Below are positions 58,405 through 64,000 of a DNA stretch of 64,000 bases, piece after piece. The notes beneath the pieces were generated by a model. It had not been told where the DNA came from, did not search any database, and was given only the letters and a program-made list of their open reading frames with translations. A program made the translations under genes and the position numbers. Source of the DNA: Octopus vulgaris (lineage: Eukaryota); assembly GCA_951406725.2 (NCBI GenBank), contig OX597817.1, forward strand, positions 7,192,001 through 7,256,000. Direction: 5' to 3'. Numbering within the stretch: position 1 is the first letter of the stretch; each line of letters opens with the position of its first letter.

Positions 58405-58439
58405 GTTCCACACAAAAGAGGAACTCGTGAAAACCAAAG

Positions 58440-59990
58440 CCATCCCCATTAGAAGAAGAATACTCTAGGGAAACACGCACTCCCCACTCCTTTTCTCCTT
58501 GGCACTGACACCTTTATCTCAGATGCTAAATACAGTCAGCGACCTCTTATAGACGGATGACCTAAAACTATACGCTACAATTGAAAAACAGTTAGAAAAA
58601 CTATTAGAGACAGTACATTGATTTACCAAAGAAATGTGAAATTTGGCTTAGAAAAATGTGCCAAAGCAACCTTGAAAAGAGGAAAACTAGTTAGGAGTGG
58701 CAACATCACACTAGATAAAGCCAATGAAATAAGACTATTAGACATACAGATATTTAGGAATCAATAAACTAGATACGATACAATACACAGAAATGAAAGA
58801 GAAAAGAAAGAAAGAATACTATAGAGGAGTTAGATCAATACTAAAAATAGAGCTCAATGATAAAAACAAGATAATAGGTATCAACAATCTAGCCGTCCCA
58901 GTTATATGTTATAGCTACAATATTCTTAACTGGACACTAATTGAACTAGCCAAAATAGACATGAAAACAAGAATAATAATGACAGGATCTAGGATGCACC
59001 ACACAAAATATGACGTAGAAAGGCTATATATATACAACGTATAGAAAGTGGTAGAGGACTTATACAGCTGGAAAAGTATTGTAAAATAGCCCCCATAGGA
59101 CTGCAAATATACCTACTTCAGAAGCAAGGAAAACTAATAACATAGCCACAAAACACGAGCAAAACAACAAAAATACTGTTTTCAGTATTTAAGGAAACTG
59201 ACAAATACAAAGAAGTCATACTACCTAACAACATGAAGAAGAAGAAGAAGAAGAAGAAGAAGAAGAAGAAGAAGAAGAAGAAGAAGAAGAAGAAGAAGAA
59301 GAAGAAGAAGAAGAAGAAGAAGAAGAAGAAGAAGAAGAAGAAGAAGAAGAAGAAGAAGAAGAAGAAGAAACAACAAAAGTTATAAACAAATGAAAATAGA
59401 GAAAAATCCCAGCTATGGTTGAGAAGCTCAGGACTCAAAGCAGAAACTGAAGAATTTTTAATTACAGCACAAGAGCAAAGCCTCCCCACCAGAAAAGACC
59501 AAAAACATATGAAAAGAAACATAACAAGTAACTGCAGAATATGTGGAGATGGACAAGGAACAATAAATCATATTATCTCTGGCTAGCCCAGTCCTAGCTA
59601 AGCAGGCATATATTCACAGACACGACAGAGTTGGGACCTACATACACTGGAAGCTATGCCAACACTATGGAATAACAACAGAAAAAAGATGGTATAGGCA
59701 CACACCAGAAAAGGTCATAGAAAACAAGAAAGCAACCATACTCTGGGATATGCCAATACTCACAGTTAGAGAAATTAAGGCCAATAGGCCAGATATAGTT
59801 TCAAACATAAAGGTTCTCCCTATTGTCATCGAAGCATTGGGTTCAATACCACCCAAACTAAAGAAACATCTGGAAGCTTTGGAAATGCCCTACAATCTAG
59901 ATGTTTTGCAAATATCGGCTTTCCTTGGAGATGCACGCATATTGCGTAAAGTACTGAGGTTCCTGTTGTAACTTGACAGACGGTGCAATA
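58440..59990 (+). mobile_element. Decayed R4/Dong-like retrotransposon: RT, CCHC knuckle and RLE
   Basis: SPLLF.LAL, DDLKLYA, FGLEKCAK, YRYLGI, KNKIIGINNLAVPVI, AQEQSLPTR, CRICG..TINHIISG, HRHDRV, ILWD, NRPDIV. Multiple stops and frameshifts, with (GAA)n at 59235-59370. Confidence 0.92.
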
Positions 59991-60094
59991 TATTCAATCC
60001 ACATGACGATATTGAATACAGTGCAAGGTCTTCAATAGAAGAGAATGTAACGTGTTTCCTTGAGAGAAGTATGATGGGATGGAAAATTGAACTG

Positions 60095-61730
60095 ACATCT
60101 TACGGAAAAAGCTTGGGCACCCTAGGTATCAGAAGAGGGATTTTCCAGGGTGACAGCCCATCTCCGTTGCTTTTCATTCTCTGACCTTGGCACTGAAGAA
60201 AATGAACTTGGGATACCATGTTAAGGAAAAATCCCAAACAACCATGGATGATTTCAAACTGTATAGCAAAGGAGAGACACAAGTGAGTTCCTTGGTGAAC
60301 ATGGTCCTCTGTTTTAGTACTGATATTAGAAAAGAAGTGCGGAATAATCTACCTAAAAAGGAGCAAGATACAGTCTGTAACACAAATAGAATTACCGAAT
60401 ACAGACTTGATTAAGCAAAGTGAAACGGAAGGATACAAATACTTTGGTGTAATAGAGACCAAAGTGATAATCGAAAAAGAAATGGGAGAAAGACAGAGGA
60501 CGGAGTATTTTCGAAGACTGAGATTGGTGATGTGCTTAAAATTGATTGAATAAAATAAAATCCGAGCCTTTAATACGTGGGCAATATCATCACTTCGGTA
60601 TGGAGCGGAAATTATAAAATGAGAAATGAGAAAAATGAAGAAATGGCTACCAAGACCAGAAAAAAAAAAGTTGACAGTACACAGAGCCTTCCACTCAAAG
60701 ATTGACACCGAGAGGCTGCACTTGTCCCGAAGGATGGATGACAGAGGCTTGATCAGTTGCCAGGACTGTATCGAAGGAAAACAACCTAGGGTCGCACATG
60801 AAAAATGCCGTGGAGTCACTGCTGAAACATACGAAGAAGGCCGGCGTCATCAAAACTGAAAATTGTGTAACTAAAGAAAAATTTAAAGAAGAAATTAAGA
60901 AAAAAAAAGAAAAAGAGCATGGAAGGAAAAGAAAATGTATGGTTAGTTTGCAAGAGGTGTGAACGCTAAGACAGATGCAGAGGACCGGTGGCTATAAATG
61001 AAGTGGAGTGACCTGAAGATAAAGATAGAAGCACTATTATGCGCAGCTCAGGAACAAGCGTTAATGACCAATTATATGAAGTGCAGAAGAAACAACATTA
61101 CCGATAGCGACAAATACAGAATGTATGGTGAGAGGGGTGAAACGGTATGGCACATCGTTAGCGAATGCCCGAAAATCGCACAACGCGAATACAAAAGATG
61201 TCATGACAATGTGGCAAGAATGATCCATTGGGAACTCTGTGGAAATCACGGCCTACAAAAAGCAATTACGTGTTATCAGCGAACCCCAGAAGGAGTCACC
61301 GAAAATGAGAACTGCAAAAGGCTATGGGATGCAATGATCCAGAGCGATCACCTGACCAGACATCGGAAGCCGGATATTGCTGCGGTGAATAAAATCAAAG
61401 AATATGTATGATAATTTACACAGCGTGCCCCGTTGACAACAGGATCAATGTGAAAGAAGAAAATATAAACAGCTATGATGATTTAAAGAGGGAAATACGA
61501 AGGTTGTGGTCAATGAAGAGAGTAATTGGCGCACTTGGAGGTATAAGCGCTCGACTATCAGCATTGCTCAAAAACATTGATACAAGTATGAAGGTAGAAC
61601 ACTTACAAAGATCAGCATTGCTTGGTACTGTAAGAATTTTTCGCGGGGTTTTTGTGTCACCTTAGTCTACTGGCTGTGGACAACTGACACTTTCCGTCAT
61701 ACCCACCAATATAAGCTGTTGATTTTAATA
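60095..61730 (+). mobile_element. Decayed R4/Dong-like retrotransposon, second family: RT, knuckle, RLE, 3' UTR and (TAA)n tail
   Basis: IRRGIFQGDSPSPLLF, MDDFKLYSK, GYKYFGV, AAQEQAL, GETVWHIVSECPKIAQREYKRCHDNVA, KPDI, LQRSALLGTVRIFR. Confidence 0.92.
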
Positions 61731-61731
61731 C

Positions 61732-61789
<58 letters not shown>

Positions 61790-61792
<3 letters not shown>

Positions 61793-62272
61793 GCTTTCAA
61801 TTTTGACACAAGGTCAGCAATTTCATGTGGGGTTAAGTCGATTGTATTGATACTAGTGGTATTTATTTTATCGACACCGAAATGATGACTGGCAAAGTCG
61901 ACGTTGGTGGAATTCGAGCCAGGAACAGGAAGACGGATTAAATGCCGCTAAGCGGTTTGCCCGACGTGCTACAGGCTCTACTAGCTCATCGCTTTAATAA
62001 TACTACAACTAAGAAATGATGATAATAATAATAGTGTTAATAATAATAGCAATAATATCATTTCTGCTAAAGGCACAAGGCCTGAAATTTTGTGGGGTAG
62101 GGAGTAATCGATTACATCGACCATGGTGTTTCACTGGTACTTCATTTATCGACCTTGAAAGATGAAAGGCAAAGCTGACCTCGGCAGAGTTTTGAACTGA
62201 GAACGTAACGACGGACGAAATGCCGCTAAGCATTTTCCTCGGCATGCTAACGACTCTGCCTGTTCGCCGCGT
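61790..62272 (-). mobile_element. Two SINE family B copies (61790-61995 and 62058-62272)
   Basis: Family B head, body and tail motifs. Confidence 0.85.
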
Positions 62273-62891
62273 TAACAATAATGATATCGTTAGTAAGTTT
62301 GCACCATCATCATGATTTTTCCTCATCATCTCGATCGCCATCAGCAGCGGCTGCAGCAGCAATGATCGGGGCTAGATTGAGACCCTATATTTTGAACTGA
62401 GAATGATATTGCCAAATTTTATCGCAACCTCCCCCCTCCCCACACACACCGCATTAGAATTACATTCTCAAATACATAACATATACTAACATATATATAT
62501 ATATATATATATACCCACTAATATCCATCTATATACATACTTATATTCTTTTCTTTTATTTTTTCAGTACTTTCTGTCAATGGATTGAGACCATGCAGGA
62601 GCACCGCCTTATGTTCACACACACACAGGCACACACTAACACACACACACATTAACACACACACTAACACACTCATATACATACATACATACATACATAC
62701 ATACATACATACATACATACACACACACAAACTAACCCACTCATACACATACATGCATAAGATATTGCAGAAGCACTGTGCTCCGTCATGGGAGCAATTC
62801 AGTCGACAAAAGCCATACAAGGGAGTGCCCCAGCATGGCCAGAGGCCGTTGACCTAAACAAGTAAAAACAAACTTAAAAGATATATGTTAC

Positions 62892-62955
62892 CCAGACGAT
62901 CCTCTATGGGGAAGATGTGTGTGTGTATGTATGTATGATATATATATATGTTATA

Positions 62956-63025
<70 letters not shown>

Positions 63026-63083
63026 CATGCATACATACATATACATACACACACACACATCTTGCCCAGAGAGGATCGTCTGG
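62892..63083. repeat. Inverted repeat around a (TA)n core
   Basis: CCAGACGATCCTCTATGGGGAAGATGTGTG versus CACACATCTTGCCCAGAGAGGATCGTCTGG. Confidence 0.9.
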
Positions 63084-63419
63084 ATATATTCCTCGGGCGC
63101 CTTTTCCATAGGGTCCACTCAGAATCAGCTGTTATTAGATTTTCCTACATGATTCCTCGGTGTGACCAATTGAGGCTGTGGATATTATCATCCAAACATT
63201 CCATACTTGGTCTACTCCAGTCTCTTCTCTATTAAAGCTTTTGGTCCGTTAGTGTGTGTATGTAAACACAAACACACACCTACGCACACCACACACACAT
63301 ACACACCTACACGTTTACACACCCTCACCTGTATGTATAAAGGCAATGTGTAAATGTACTTTAGGTTTATAAATACAAGGAAACCAAATTTATTAGGAGC
63401 TGCAACACGTCAAAACTTT

Positions 63420-63560
63420 TAATGGCCAACGGAATTGCTAGCGTGTGTGGGCGGAGTTAGTTGACACTTCCAGATTTTCGTTGACGTCATAACGCTTCCG
63501 TGTCGGTCGGGACTACCTTCAGCTTCAGCAAACAAATTCATGAACCGGTGCAATCCCTCT
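63420..63560. promoter_or_regulatory. Candidate Pol II promoter or CpG-rich regulatory element
   Basis: GC box GGGCGGAG (63449-63456), full CRE TGACGTCA (63482-63489) and ETS-like CTTCC(G) sites (~63467, 63495), clustered in a locally CpG-rich stretch. Confidence 0.45.
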
Positions 63561-63618
63561 AACCTCTCTCACTCTGTCACTGTCTCTCCTCCATCTCCCT
63601 CCCTCTCTGTTCACTTCT

Positions 63619-63669
<51 letters not shown>

Positions 63670-63677
<8 letters not shown>

Positions 63678-63688
63678 TAACGTGTGTA

Positions 63689-63730
<42 letters not shown>

Positions 63731-63741
63731 TGACGTGTGTA

Positions 63742-63779
<38 letters not shown>

Positions 63780-63837
63780 TAACGTGTGTATGTGTCTATA
63801 TATATATATATATATATATACATATATGACGTGTGTA

Positions 63838-63879
<42 letters not shown>

Positions 63880-63890
63880 TGACGTGTGTA

Positions 63891-63940
<50 letters not shown>

Positions 63941-63951
63941 TAACGTGTGTA

Positions 63952-63992
<41 letters not shown>

Positions 63993-64000
63993 CGTGTGTA
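63670..64000. repeat. Compound minisatellite, (TA)n plus T(A/G)ACGTGTGTATGTGTC units
   Basis: Seven units about 50-60 bp apart, in two variants. Confidence 0.9.

Overview
AT-rich, microsatellite-saturated animal genomic DNA. The repeat families resemble those I associate with octopus (coleoid cephalopod), which is an inference and not a database result. There is no intact protein-coding gene, and almost every ORF in the track is a microsatellite translation. The window is a transposon graveyard with these components: (1) at least seven decayed RLE-type non-LTR retrotransposon pieces (R4/Dong-like), all associated with (TAA)n tracts, two of which still show RT, zinc-knuckle and PD-(D/E)xK motifs; (2) four tRNA-derived SINE families, one with about 15 copies and multimeric insertions; (3) non-autonomous Helitrons; (4) two Tc1/mariner transposase remnants; (5) Penelope-like element (PLE) debris. 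The PLE debris includes a GIY-YIG fragment with an inverted 5' part, one apparently intact type I hammerhead ribozyme at 12657-12747 (minus strand) and several degenerate minimal hammerheads. Other signals are recurrent fold-back inverted repeats next to microsatellites, a 1.06 kb-spaced local duplication, one candidate 99-nt host exon with signal-peptide-like sequence (1703-1801), a hairpin pair near 54.6 kb and a probable Pol II promoter near 63.45 kb. I do not see a clearly new multi-gene system. The best leads are the ribozyme-bearing PLE repeats and the strand-specific use of microsatellites by different retroelements. Coordinates of decayed repeats are approximate.
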